From NCBI RefSeq assembly GCF_009834535.1, contig NC_045697.1:30940001-31004000 (forward strand): 64,000 nucleotides of DNA. Direction: 5' to 3'. Position 1 is the stretch's first letter; every line of letters starts with the position of its first letter. Both the position numbers and the translations under genes were made by a program. Positions 1-12,844 of this stretch are shown here, piece by piece. The DNA comes from Camelus ferus. Lineage: Eukaryota. Below the pieces are notes generated by a model. That model saw only the letters and a program-made list of their open reading frames with translations, was not told the DNA's origin and made no database searches.

Positions 1-4
1 TAAA

Positions 5-80
5 GGAGGTACTGGGGATTGAACCCAGGACCTTGTGCATGCTAAGCATGTGCTCTACCACTTGAGCTATACACTCCCCC
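5..80 (-). mobile_element. tRNA-Ala-derived SINE (camelid Vic-1 type)
   Basis: Reverse strand reads GGGGGAGTGTATAGCTCAAGTGGTAGAGCACATGCTTAGCATGCACAAGGTCCTGGGTTCAATCCCCAGTACCTCC: tRNA-Ala-like body with Pol III A box (TAGCTCAAGTGG) and B box (GGTTCAATCC). The tail runs off the window edge. Confidence 0.85.
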
Positions 81-435
81 CAGATTGGATTTAGCCAGTG
101 GAAATCACCAGAGATCAGTGAGCAGGAAAATGAGGAATATTCATTCCTTTAGTATCCTTCTTCCCAGGCTGAGAGGTTGGCAGTGGATGAAGTCCACGGC
201 ACTTACACTGGGAAGTTGGTTCCTACAGCTACATGTCTCAAAGGGTAATGTTAACCATTTGCTCCATTATCAGACCTAGTGGAGCTACCTGTTGCCGATC
301 CCAGTGGCATGTCATCATCTTTGGTTTCTTTTTCTTAATTCTGTCCATAATTTCATAAGTGGATTCTTCATTAACTCACTAAACTCACTTTTTTTTTTAA
401 CGTTTCTGCTCCTTGCCACGACCTTGAGGGACACA
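81..435 (+). mobile_element. ERVL LTR fragment, LTR33-like
   Basis: Resembles recalled LTR33 segments (GGATTTAGCCAGTGGAAATCACCAGAGATCAG ... TTCATTAACTC ... GACCTTGAGGGACACA end). Heavily diverged. Confidence 0.6.
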
Positions 436-1289
436 CTTCCTCTCCTACTTCCTCAGCAACTATTCTCTGTCAAGAGAAATCATGCAAAAGTTGGAAATGA
501 GGCCAAAAGGTGAACAGAAAGTCCCATTACTGTCATATGAGGTCATTGTTTTTCAGGTCCACCCAAGGGTTATCTACGGTAATGTGCTTTGTTCAGCTCA
601 CAATTTATTATGAATGAGATTTCCCAGACTTAGTGAAGTTACGTGCGTGGTTCATGTGTGCACTATGCCCTACAGTGACATATATAGAAAGTCTGTCCAA
701 GATTTCTCTTTGATAAAAAGATGGCTACAAAGGTTTCAGTTTTTTACTTTCCAGGATATTAGTCAATTTGCACTTACTGAGAAATCTTATCCTTATATTT
801 CTTTATTAAATTACTTATAAATAAACCTGCTATTCAAATCACTTTGAGCTGGTCTTAATATCTTACTAGGTACCTCACTATTAGCAAATTGAAGGACATC
901 TTTGACACATGTTCATTTTATATTTGCATGACAGTCTTGATTTTGTCCTTTTGAAATTCTGCTTTAGCATCTCTTTTGATTATCTCTCCTGTCTTACTCC
1001 CACATCTGCAATCAATCCTTATCTATTGGTTTCTTCCTGTATTAAAATCTCTCTTATCATTAAAAAACAAACAAAACAAACACCAAAAGTTTCCATTTAT
1101 ACTTTACACCTCTTGAAAGAGCTGCCTACACACACACATTCATCATTTCTTCATCTCACTTCTACTTCTCTTTCTGTTGATATGATTTATTCCTCTATGA
1201 TTCTAATGGAATTTCTCATGTCAATGTAAATAAAAGCTTCTTTATTCAGTTTAATAAACAGTTTAAGTTCTGAAGTTGATTGAGTTCAC

Positions 1290-2110
1290 TGTAGCCTTTG
1301 ACTTTGATGTCTCTTTTCTTGAAGTATTCTATTCTTTTAGCTCCCATGGTATCCTGCATTCTTGACTTTCTTCTTTCTGGTTGGACTTCTAAGACTTTTG
1401 ATTGTCTTTGAGTGGTTGTGCTTCAGGGTTCTTGCCTGAGCCTTTTTTTTCTTCTTATTCTTCATCTGCTCCCACATGGTCCTGTTCTCTTTCATGACTT
1501 CAGTTACCATTTAGTTCCATGGCACAGGCCTAGCTTTATTTCTAAAGCACAGGCCTAGCTTTATCTCTAAAGCATCAGATCTGCACATCCAACTTCTGAT
1601 GGACATCTCGGACATCCCAGTGCATCTCAGCCTACCTACAGTATCAAAAGAGCTGTAAGCTTTCACTCTCCTGTTTGCTGTGTTCTCTGTACTTTCTATG
1701 TTAGGGAATAGTGCCACCATTATGTGGCTGCTCAAGGCCGAAACTGGGACAATTTTCTTAAATTCTTCTTCCTCATCTCTTGTATACAATTAAAGTCCAA
1801 ATATTTTTAAATATTTCTTCTAAATATTTCTGAAGTCTATTCTTATCTGCACCCTAACTGCTACTTTTTGGGTCAGTTCATAATCATTCAGCTGCCTCCA
1901 AATTAGCCATCCTGCCTCTGTTTTTGCCTGTTTCCATGACATTTGTCTAAAAAGCAAATTGAATTTCTCTCACTTTGAACTCTCAAATAACTCCTATTCT
2001 CTTTGGATAAGTTCAATGTCCTTATCATGGTGTATAAAATCCTTCATCTTCTGGCCCTGCCTTTGGCTGCAGCCTCATTTCTTGTCATTTCATTCATCAA
2101 CTCTTCGCTC
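1290..2110 (+). mobile_element. L2 LINE 3' region fragment
   Basis: Pyrimidine-rich L2 hallmarks such as CATGACTTCAGTTACCATTTA, CATCCAACTTCTGATGGACATCTC and CTTATCATGGTGTATAAAATCCTTCATCTTCTGGCCCTGCC. Confidence 0.7.
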
Positions 2111-2265
2111 TGGTCGTAGTAGGTATGGATAAAAACCGGGTGGAACCAAGGCATTGAACTGCATGGAAATAGGCTTGTTCTATGTTCACTGCAGAATACA
2201 TAATGTGCAAATTTTGATTGATAATTTTTGCTTATATAATAATTTTTGGGGGGAGAGATAGTTTT

Positions 2266-2692
2266 TGTAGGCCACTTGGTGTCCTATATGTCTTGCTGAG
2301 TGTGCTAAGATTGTAAGGCCCTAATGCTGTTTACTGAGGCCATTTTTCAGGGATGTTTATGCAGTTGTAATGTAGACAGATGAGGTAGCATCTCTTTCTA
2401 TCCCCAAAGAGCAAACTTGTGTACTTCTTTCTGTAAAAGTGATGGGTTCCCCAATCTCAATGTTTCTCAGCTGGGATGCAAATATCTGCATCTGGGCCCC
2501 TCTCTGTCTCCTTGTGAGACCTGGGGACAAGAGGAACCCTTGTAAATATGTTGATCCACCAGCTGCTTGCTGTGCCCTGAGTAATAAAACCCTCTGCCTC
2601 TGACTCAGGAGTTTTGTCTCTTCTGCCAGCATCCAGGAAAGAACAACGGGCTCATTTATTAGTTTGTAAATCAAATCAAGTCTTAGACCTGA
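2266..2692 (+). mobile_element. ERVL-class solo LTR (MER74/MER89-like)
   Basis: Starts TGTAGG; AATAAA at ~2584 followed by CTCTGACTCAGGAGTTTTGTCTCTTCTGCCAGCATCC, typical of this LTR group. Family assignment is tentative. Confidence 0.6.
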
Positions 2693-2991
2693 CCGTTTTA
2701 TATTTTAAAGTAGTTCTTTTACTTCCAAGTAATTACAAGAAATGTTGATAAAAATGCTACTCTTTTCTGAATAGGAAATTAAAATAATGATGATACAGGT
2801 CAATACTGGTATCTGTCAACAGTAATTTAGAGCAATATTCAATGAGATTCTCAATAGTGATAGGTCAGCATTTGGGATCAAGTTCTCTGTAATCATGGGA
2901 CCTAAGGCAATGTTAGGAATGTGATGTTATGTTACTGTTAGAGGCATCTGAAGGATATTGAGTGATGCATTACTTTTATCTTCCAAAACTA

Positions 2992-3440
2992 TGTTAGCAC
3001 TTAAAGAAGGCATAACGTGAGAGTTGTGAGTTGTTTCATTTGGGGCCAAATGAGGACCACTGCCTGGGAGACAGCCTCTCAGGGAGCTTGGAGGAACTGC
3101 TCCGAAGAGGTGGTTGGAGGTCAGTATATATGATTTTGGGGAAGGGGATACGTGCAGTCAAACACACATGTCCATAGAAGGTTGCTGCTAGTTACGAGGG
3201 TCAGATGTCTCCATCAATGATTTTAGTGCTTTCCTAGGTATGAGAAGATGCAAGAAATTGCGCTCATAGAATCTTCTCCTGAAAATACTATCTGAAGGCT
3301 TGTTGTGCCAGTTTTCTCAGAGCACAGAGCGCCTCGTTCCAATTTTCCACCCTGAACGCCTTTCAGGGTGTGTTGAAGGTCAGCGGATGCAGCGGCTCGT
3401 GACTTCATCTTTGTAGAACCACAGTGTTTACTTGGCAACA
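2992..3440 (-). mobile_element. ERV1 solo LTR, MER41-like (cetartiodactyl type)
   Basis: TG...CA bounded. Shares the block GACAGCCTCTCAG...ACTGCTCC.AAGAGGT with the reverse complement of the LTR at 56876-57354. No clean TSD. Confidence 0.7.
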
Positions 3441-3984
3441 CTGCTAACATATTAGCACAACCACAAGAACACAGATCATCAAATCCTGGTTAGAGTGTGT
3501 GGACAAATGGTTGGACACTGACTGACCTGAGTGAGAAAGTCCAAAACCAAACCCACTCTGTCATTACTTCATTCTGAGAACAAGCACCTACTAATTTCTG
3601 GAAAGTATGGATATAGAAATAAATGACAAGATCCTTGAATCCTTGTAGAGATTATGGCTAATGGAAGAGACTGACATGCAAACATTTCTAATAAAATGTA
3701 ATGAGGATTTTGATAAAAATAATCATACAGGCATAGTATAGTGCCAGTGTGCATGTGCAGTGTGCCCCCAAACACAAAATGCCTCCACTCCACCACCCAG
3801 AAAACAGCATGACTCTTAATCGTTTGGTAAATTTGGTAGCTATCCTTATAGACTAATATGCCTCTGCCCCAGGAATACATGAATACAGATACATTATATC
3901 TACAATTTTAAAGATAGATACTAAATTATATTAAAACACATACTGGGCCATAAACTTATGAAACTATATCCCTGAAACCCTGTG

Positions 3985-4340
3985 ATAGTTTATATATAAT
4001 TATACATATGCTAAAATATGCTACTTTATATCTATATATACACATACATTATTTATATATATTTATATATAAAAATATATATACTAGTTTATATATATAA
4101 TCATATATACTAGTCCATATGGATTAGTATGTATAAACTAATACATATTATATATATATAAGATATTATAAAGTAGTGTATATATAACTGTATATACTAG
4201 TTTATATATATACTAATCATATATACTATATATACATATATGCTAATCATCATATATATACTAATGTATATAATATATATATAAAAATGTATACATTAGT
4301 ATATGTGTGTGTGTGTATACATACATACATATATATATTA
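3985..4340. repeat. Degenerate (TA)n-rich low-complexity tract
   Basis: About 350 bp of interrupted TATATA/TACATA repeats, seen directly. Confidence 0.9.
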
Positions 4341-4855
4341 ATCATCAGGGATACTAAATTTTGAATTATATTTATTACCCAGATAATCTGGAAAGAGAAG
4401 ATGTAATTTGCCTAACCTGTGTTTTCCTGTGTCTTCATAAGAGGATATAAGAGTATTCATGGTCAACTGTATTCACCAAATATACATAAGGGCAAATACT
4501 TATGTTGTGAGATTCAAATGACAAATTAAATTCTTGAAGAATCAAATTTGAGTGGAGCAAACAGCTTAGTATTTTAAATTTTAAGCTGTAAAGACTTGGC
4601 AGAATTGGAAAAATTTCATGCATTGTGCTTGCATTTTTCATACGATTATGATACACATCTTGTGCAAACCGGAATGTATCTTTGAATGACTGACTACAAT
4701 AGCAAGACTAAATGTATTTGTCCCTGAACAAAATTTCATTTGGAGGAAACTCTTTCTTCTTTTTGCCACCAGATCACTGCAACAGGACTGCCAAGGGAAC
4801 CGTAGCTATTGTCCTCTTCATTAAAGTATGACCCCAGGCAAAATAGAACTCTTAA

Positions 4856-5296
4856 AACTGTGAGTGGCTTACCACACATTCCCCATCCACATCCCCTGTG
4901 GAATGTGGTACCAGCCTGTGAGAGATAAGTGCAGGCTGGCTGAGTGAGGTGCCCAGGATGTCGTGGCTGCCCTGATGAGAAGGGACAGGCACAGCGGGGA
5001 TCCCCCTGTGGCCTTGTTCTTTATTGCTTTTCTCTAGTCCCATTCTTCTTCCCTTGCCTGTTGGCATGAGGCCTGCTGGTTCAGGAGCTATCTAGTGAAT
5101 GGGAGGCCACGATGATGATAAGGTCTATGTGGCCAGGGCACTGGAACAAAGAGAAATAACATCACTGAGCAGTCAGTGAACACCAGCTACCACCTTCCCC
5201 TGAACTTCTTGTTCTGTAAAGGAAAAGAAACTCTGTTTAAGCTGCTGTTAATCATGGTTTCTTTACTTGCAGCCAAACTTATTTATAAATGATAGA
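4856..5296 (+). mobile_element. Old MaLR LTR (MLT1K/L-like)
   Basis: MLT1 3' signature CTGTTTAAGCTGCTGTT...TTTCTTTACTTGCAGCCAAAC...TGATA. Confidence 0.6.
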
Positions 5297-7044
5297 GTAG
5301 GAAATACATATTTCTCTCTCTAAATGAATATTAAAATTTTATTGCAGTCTTTAAATTATGGGAAACCTCCAGCTCATAGCTTATTGTCCTTTGGCTCTTT
5401 AGTAAAGTTCAAAATTTGGCATTTTTGTTTAATCCTATTGGGGCAACACCATTGCCCAGCTTTAACAGCCTGTAACAGCAATTGTTTAAAAAGCCTTTAA
5501 TGGGCAACACTGTTTCTTGCAGCATGTCTATATCTTTCTTTTTCTCTCCTCCATTTTCCCTCTCCCTCTATCTTGTTGATCTCTGTTGCTTTCTTCTCTG
5601 TTTCTACCCGTGACCCTTTCTTTGTCTTCCTAACCTAGATGAAGACTATACTTATATTCACTGAATATATTTTTTCTGTTTCCTATTATCATTAAAAATC
5701 GATGAGTAAAATGTTTTAATTTATAGACTTATAATCATGCCTTATTCCAGAAAGGATTTGTATTCCCATTTTTTATAATTTTCTTTAAAAAACAAATACT
5801 TTCCTAATATCTTAGTTTCCTTCTGTGAACTTTGATTTTTCTTTTTTTTGAGTTAGTGATTCTTGAAAGAAATATAAATTGTCATCCTTTGTCTGGGAAT
5901 AATGACTAAGATCATTATAATTTACTTTCATGAAGCAGAAGCAAAAACAGAAACAGATAAAAGTCTATTTCCTAAAATGTAGAGGAAACTTACCTCAGAC
6001 CTTGTGATTCCAAGGATTCAGTGCCATCTTTAACTTGTCATTAGTGTTCCTTTATTATCCCCCCAAAAGATATGTGGGTAATATAGATATAATTAATTTT
6101 TATTGTCCTTTCCAGAATTAGCAATCCTAGGAAGCAGACGTATTCATCTCCTGCCTGCCGAGGTGCAGTGTCACCAAAACCAAAGAGAGCCTGAAGAAAG
6201 AGAGAGAAAAAGGGCTGGAGGCAGAGTTTCCTTCCCAGGCCTTAGGAATGTTGGAGTCATTTTGTTCAGTGACTTATTGAAAATATTAAACCTTTATGAT
6301 TAGTTAAGGTCATCTCAGTCAGTTTCCTTATCGTTTTTGCAATACAAATCCATATGAAATCTGCAAAAACTCAGAAAGCTCGGAGCTGTCTAGGATCATG
6401 GGAAACTCTGTTTGGAAGGACTATGTGGAAGCAGACAAGAAATCAGAGTGCAGTCTCTGAGGTCTTAATAAGAAAAAAGGTAATGAGGACGCTTATCTGG
6501 GGTCACGATGTCCTCTGTGCAGAAGGCCTTTACCTCCACTCACCCACTTTGCGTAGCCTCCTTATTCAAGGCTCCTAAAGCAATGTTAAAGGGAGACGAC
6601 ATATTGAGTGTTTGGGTTCCTAGGATCATCCTTTTATTTTAAATACTATTGCAGGTAGTTCTAAAGTTTAATATTAAGTTCTGTGTTTCAAAATTTTAAA
6701 GATATGGAGAGACCCTAGAAAGAGTTTAAAGGAACAACTCAGAGAAATGTAAAATGTGTGAATAAAGATTCACAGAGAGACTAAAAAGAGGAAACATCAC
6801 CTCTTACTGGCCATGAAGAAGACATGAAAATTTACTTCATAATAATGAAAGACTGGTTTCTTTTCATGGCTACTGAACACAGAGTAATTACAAATATACT
6901 TCAGGAAATGAGAGGCTTAATAGTAAAAAAAAAAAAAAAAAAAAGATTACCAAGAAAAAGCCTACCATTTTTTGGCCTTTATGCATGAAGCCAAACTAAC
7001 TGGCTAAATTGATTTAAGTTGTTAAAAAAAAAAAAAGGTAACTC

Positions 7045-7615
7045 ATGACAATTGGTACACACTCTGGTGAAATTTATCAAGGAAAAGGGAGAGAAAAAGA
7101 CCAATCAACAGATACAGAATCAAATTACACATACAGTAAACAATGAACAATCTTATGTAAAAAAAGTGACTTGCAACGGGCAATTTCACACAGAAAATTA
7201 TTTAGCAATACTGAATCAAGTAGAAATAAAACCAGAAAATCTTAATAGACCTATCACCTCTAAAGAAATTGGATCAGTAATGAAAAATCTTTCCCCCTTC
7301 CTGTAAAAAAGCCGAAATGAAAACCAAAACTGAACAAATAAAACAGATTTAGATCAATTAAAAGGCAAGATATAACACATTGTCAAGAAACAAATAAATC
7401 CAAAACCATATAATCCTTTCAGAAAAATAGAACAACTAACATTTTACAAATAATTTGATGAGGCTAAATTATCATGATGCTAAAATCAAATAAATATTTT
7501 TTGACAATGAATTATTAAAAGTCATCCTTCCTTGTGAAAATGGATGCAAAATTCCTAAACAAATACATCATGGACAAATTGGGCTTTTTCCAGGAAATTC
7601 AAGTAAGGATAATGT
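7045..7615 (+). mobile_element. Ancient L1 ORF2 fragment
   Basis: ORF 7052-7306 contains ENLNRPITSKEIGSVMKNL, matching the L1 ORF2 motif ENLNRPITxxEIEsVIKNL; GATGCAAAATTCCTAAACAAA follows downstream. Confidence 0.8.
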
Positions 7616-7654
7616 TTAAAAATAAATTGCAAAGCATGATGCAATTATTCATTT

Positions 7655-8282
7655 AGATTATTATTACTTATTTTTATTGAAGTATAGTTTATCTACAATA
7701 TTGTGTTTCAAGTGTACAGGATAGTGGTTCATTGTTTATTTTTTTTCCAGATTATATTCCATCATAGGTTATTATAAGATATTGGGTATAAGTCCCTGTG
7801 CTATACAGTAAATTCTCATTGCTTATCTATTTCATGTATAGTAGGTTATATTTGTTAATCCCATGCTGCTAATGTGTCTCTCCCCTCCTTCCCTCTCCCC
7901 TTTGATAACTATAAGTTTGTTTTCTCTGTCTGTGAGTTTTTTCTGTTTTGCATATAGATTCATTTGTGTTATTTTTTTTAGATTCACATATAAGTAATAC
8001 ATAATATTTATCTTCTCTGAATTATTTCACTAAGCCTAATATTCTCTAGTTCCATACATACTTCTACAGAAGAAAGTGTTTCATTCTTTTTTATGGCCAA
8101 GTAATATTCCATTGTATATTTATACCACATCTTCTTACCCATTCATCTGTTGATGGACACTTGGTTTGCTTCTATGTCTTAGTTATTGTAAATAGTGCTG
8201 CTATAAACATTGGGGTGCATGTATCCTATTTTTTCCAGGTATAAACCAAAGAATGGAATTGCTGGTTCATATGGTAGTTCTC
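7655..8282 (-). mobile_element. L1 3' end (laurasiatherian/camelid type), 5'-truncated
   Basis: TTATTGAAGTATAGTT..TACAATATTGTG, CCCTGTGCTATACAGTA and AAATAGTGCTGCTATAAACATTGGGGTGCAT are typical antisense L1 3'UTR/ORF2 end motifs. Confidence 0.85.
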
Positions 8283-10630
8283 AGGGCAAAAAAAAATCAC
8301 ATTTTGTACTCTAACAAAGTATTTAATTATTGACTGGCAATACTAGCATAGAAATAATCTCAGGGAAGCCTACCTTTTAATATAGATTCAATCTCTTCAC
8401 TTTGTTTTCCCTTTATAATGAATATAGGACCTAACACCAATAGTTTGACAAATTATTTATCATTTCAGATTCAGCCAAAATTACTTTTGGTTTTTAAACT
8501 GTAAAAAAACTAGATGATTTAGTGAAAAATTTAGGTTCTAATTGCAACTTCGTTTTGGCAAAGCTAAACCTATGTTTTAAGTATTCCTGTGTCTAGATGA
8601 TACATCTCAAGTTATTGTCCTTAAAACTTTTAAATAAATGCCAGCCAGAAAAAGAAACACATTTTTCAATTACTTTTAAAAAGCTGTATGTTAAGTGGCC
8701 AGAAGGTTCAGGATAGATCTAATAAATCACATAATAGAGGCAATCTTAAATCGTAGAGAATTATCTTGCATAATTAATTTGAGATTCAGAGGCAAGATAA
8801 TCAGTATCATTTTCTCTAACAATCAGACATCTTTAATTGAGAATTGCTGCTCTATCCTTACGGGACCTTTTCCTAATTTGAGCTTAGAGTTGAAAGCATC
8901 AGTTTCAATCAGTCTTGCACCAGAGGATATCTTTGCCCATATAAATATCATCAAAGAGATCTGAAGATGCTTTTTCTGTGAGGGCTTACATATTGAACTT
9001 CTATGATGAATTATATCTTTCTGCATGCCTCAGAATCTCAGTTTTTCTCCAAGCAAAAACTGAAAAGTGTTTTCCAATTTTAATTTGCCTTGTTATTTAC
9101 AGATATAATGCTTTTCTTACTTGAATTAAAAAAGAACTACCAAAGATTTTTATATGTTTGTCTCTGTGTATGGAGGGATAAAGTATATATCTTAGCCTTT
9201 GTCAAGTAGTTGATTTAAAAATTTTCTCTCATAAGTAAATGAAAAGCAATTACAATACTTACTAAAGACAATGACAGCTTTTAGAAATAGAGCTGTATAA
9301 AAATTACAAAAAATGATGAAACTTCCTGGAAATAATGAGAAACATCGGGCTGAAATGGGATTTGAATGCATAAAATCAGAGCAGAATAAAAACGTTACAG
9401 ATCGCTCAAAATATTAGCACTGTCTTTTAGACAATTTTTACCAACAGATTTTTAAAAATCAAGTGGTTATATAAATATTAATAAGAATAGTAAAAATTAT
9501 TTAGTTCATCAAATTATAAAAGTAAGGAGGTTTAATTATAGTTTTGTGAAGAGTTAAATTTCAAGTAGGGCTATTGTAGAGAAATGGTAAAATTCAACTA
9601 AAAATGTCAGTGCTTCTAGGAGGAGCTAATTCTGTGTATGCCTTGGGGAAGAGATATTTCAAGATTAGCCTTGAAATTTTTGTTGCCAGAAAGCAAATAT
9701 GCTTTGAAATGTTCTAATAGGGTGTTGACAGGACTCAGAAACCAACTTGAAAAGAGCTCCCACTGGCTAAGCTGTGATGATTTGAACGTTAAAAAAGGTA
9801 ATAAAAATTGCAGTTGATTAAAATAGTAGAGCCTAGAAAAAGCCATTATTCATAATATGCTTAAAAGAAAGTGGGGCTTTATTTTCTCTTCATATAAATT
9901 CTATATTTTATATCCAGGTTAAGTTTTAGAGGAAAATAATATTTCCCTCTAATAATAATTTATACATATATAAAATAACATGCAACATAATAGTAATATA
10001 TGTAATATTGATGGATGTTTGTATTCTTTAAACTTTTTTTTATTGAGTTATAGTCATTTTACAATGTTGTGTCAAATTTGTATGTATATTTATATGCATT
10101 ATTTTCAGGATGGGTAAGATGATACCAGGACACAAATAATAATATGGCCACCACAATTGGTATTTTATGGAATCTACTTTGTTCACCCTTCTTGTATGCT
10201 TTTCTGACCTCCCTCAGGGATAATTTGTCTTCTTCTAGAAGTATATTTTAGTGCTTTTATTTAGAATCTATTAATGGAAGAATCAGTTTGTTTTCATCTA
10301 ATGATTTTCATGTTTTGTCCTCATTCTCAAATAATAATTTTTTGGGACATACAATTCTAGATTGACTTTTGAATATATTTTTTGAATACATTTTCACAGC
10401 ATTTTCTGGCTTCCATTGTAACTGCTGATTTGTTTTCAATCAAATTGTCATACTTTAAAGATACCCTTTCATGTGTGGATGCTTTTAAGTTCTCTCTATT
10501 TTTGTTATTTTTTATAAGAAGAGTGACTTAATGTTTTTTAGTTTACTCATATCTTCAAAGCCTGGAATGATGTCTGATAGCAGTTGCTTGATAAATCTTG
10601 AATGAATAATGGAAAGGTTTTCACAGTTTT

Positions 10631-10690
10631 TTTTCTTTTTCTTTTTAAAATTGAAGTAGTCAGTTTACAATGATATGTCAATTTCTGGTG
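10631..10690 (-). mobile_element. Very short L1 3' tail insertion with 15-bp TSD
   Basis: GGTTTTCACAGTTTT at 10616-10630 and 10691-10705 flanks a T tract plus the L1 terminal motif TTGAAGTAGTCAGTTTACAATG. Confidence 0.85.
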
Positions 10691-12844
10691 GGTTTTCACA
10701 GTTTTAATGTGAGCTTTGTGATAGAGTTCTTGTATGAGTCTAAAGAACTTAGTATGTGTACCAGGCACATAGTAAGTACTCAACAAGTGATAGCTTCTAT
10801 GTTTATTGAGAGAAAGGGATTGTAAATCTCTGTAATAGGAGGAGAAGGAACTATTTGTACATATATATATTATAAATTTACATTCCAGAAAGTAGGCAGG
10901 GCAAAGAAAAAACCCAATACACACCATATTTTCTCATCATATTTCCAAGTTTAAATACAAACATCAATTTCATTAATTCTTCCCCACTTTGGCAGCCACA
11001 AAAAAGCTTGAGGTAATAAGATTTGCAACAAAAAGATGTGCAAAGCAAAAAGTTACCTCTCCAGTTTTCTTTAATGGTGCTACAAATATGAAACCAGAAT
11101 TGTTTTCTTAAGAATAGAATATAGTCTTTGCAAACTGAAGAGAAGTTTATTCTGTAAAAAGGCCATTTTGATGAAAGTTTGTTCATGCATTAAAAGCATT
11201 AGATCAATTTTCAAAATGAATTGTAAATGAAAATATTTAAAGTAGCAACTCTTAGGATAAAGGTGGTATTCTTGGGCCATGTCGTTATAGATATTCCTTC
11301 TTTCATAGAAGGCTCCATAGAAGGCTCCTATCCCCTTATACCATTATTCTAACTTTCTCACTAAAGATCTTCAAAGAAGTGAATAGAAATGTCTCAAATG
11401 GTGTTCTAGATCCATCAAATAATTCTATTCGAGATTGCTGAGAAGATTCTATGCCAGTATTTTTTGTTCTTATAATTTTTTTAGGCTATGGTTTTTCAAA
11501 CCTTGTAATTGGACAGAATTCATTATATTAGATCAAGTCATTATAATATTTATATGATTCCAAACAGGTACACATTCACTAAAACTAGTCATCAAATTAA
11601 TTTTGTGATCAATACGTCTTTATTTACTTCATTAAAACTTAAATTTATAAAGCCTGCTTTCTGATAGCATCTTACATTTGATGAAATTCAGTTCTGTGGT
11701 TTCCACTTGGCACATTCAGTAGGATTGGGTTCTCAGCATTACTAGAAGGACCCTATCATGTTTTATAAGATGATCCTCCAGCGTGGACTTCACAGTGAGT
11801 GAGGTATTGATTTGAGCTCAGTGCATGTTTAACATAGTCCCTCAAAGTCCTCAAAAAAAAAAAAAAAAAAGTACATGCTGGATGAAAGAATCTTTCAGCC
11901 CTGGAATGGGGAGAATGCTCTTTAATAAATATGAGTGCTTTTTCACACGGGGCAGGGAATTTTGAAAATATCATTTAGTTCTAAATACACAATCCAAAGT
12001 AATGCACCTGTTTTACATTTTGTGTCTTTCATGAAAAACTGGCCATCCGTTGGGGTGGGTGGTGGCAGCTCCAAACAATTGCACGAACCCGGTGCTGTGG
12101 TTTCCTCCACTCCCTTCCTGCGGTCCTTTCTTCAGAAAAGTGTGACCCGAAGGGCCCAGATCGATTTATTGCTTCTCTTTTTCATCTAGTACAAACAAAA
12201 AAGTGTTCAGAGAGTGGAAGAGAGTCCTTTCCCAAGGAACTCAGTGAATCTATTCCTTTGGAATTAGAGAGGAAATTAAACAGTGGCTGAAAGCTTTTCT
12301 TTCTGAAAGCTTCCTGTTGTTTGATGTCCATGATGATTGCTCAGGCTACTCCAGGGGCTGCTGGAATAATATGCTTACTCACTTAGCAGAGTCTGGATAT
12401 TTCTTAAATTTGAAACAAAGCTGAGAAAGATAAATTTTTGTCTTTGTAGTCATATATACAGTTTGTGTTTGGTAAGACTCATCCATAACACACTGCATCT
12501 AAGCAGTGTGCTAGTTGCTTCCTAGACCAAGTGAAGGAAGAATGTTTAAATCTACCAGATGATATTTTCATTAAATTTATTATGCTTCTATTTTTTACCA
12601 AGTTAGGTGAAAATGATCTTGTAGGTTCCTATCAGCTCGACAATTCAATTTCCAAATGACTCAGTGATTCACCTTAAATCCATGGCACAAGAGAATTTCT
12701 AAATTATCACTTAATAAATAATTTTCACATCTGTTTTCAGAAGGCGGAAGCTACCATATGAACTAACAGGTGGATCATAGATGAATACAGCTGCAAGTTG
12801 GAGAAGAGAAGACATACATTTTAATTCTTGAAGTGACCTTTTAA

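Noticed and set aside
5..80. Possible tRNA-Ala gene
   Set aside because: The 5' acceptor region is extended and imperfect and it sits inside an LTR remnant; it fits the camelid tRNA-derived SINE better.
2991..3450. 9-bp inverted repeat ATGTTAGCA/TGCTAACAT around the MER41-like LTR, suggesting DNA-transposon termini
   Set aside because: The interior is LTR-like and there is no matching TSD; short terminal inverted repeats are normal for LTRs or arise by chance.
5994..6190. Minus-strand exon candidate (acceptor TTTTTCTCTCTCTTTCTTCAG|G, donor GAG|GTAAGT)
   Set aside because: Splice signals are good, but the segment has two AATAAA, a stop in the frame I read, no recognisable product and no partner exons.
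8695..9026. Opposing ORFs in AT-rich sequence, considered as a transposase remnant
   Set aside because: No transposase motif could be identified by eye.
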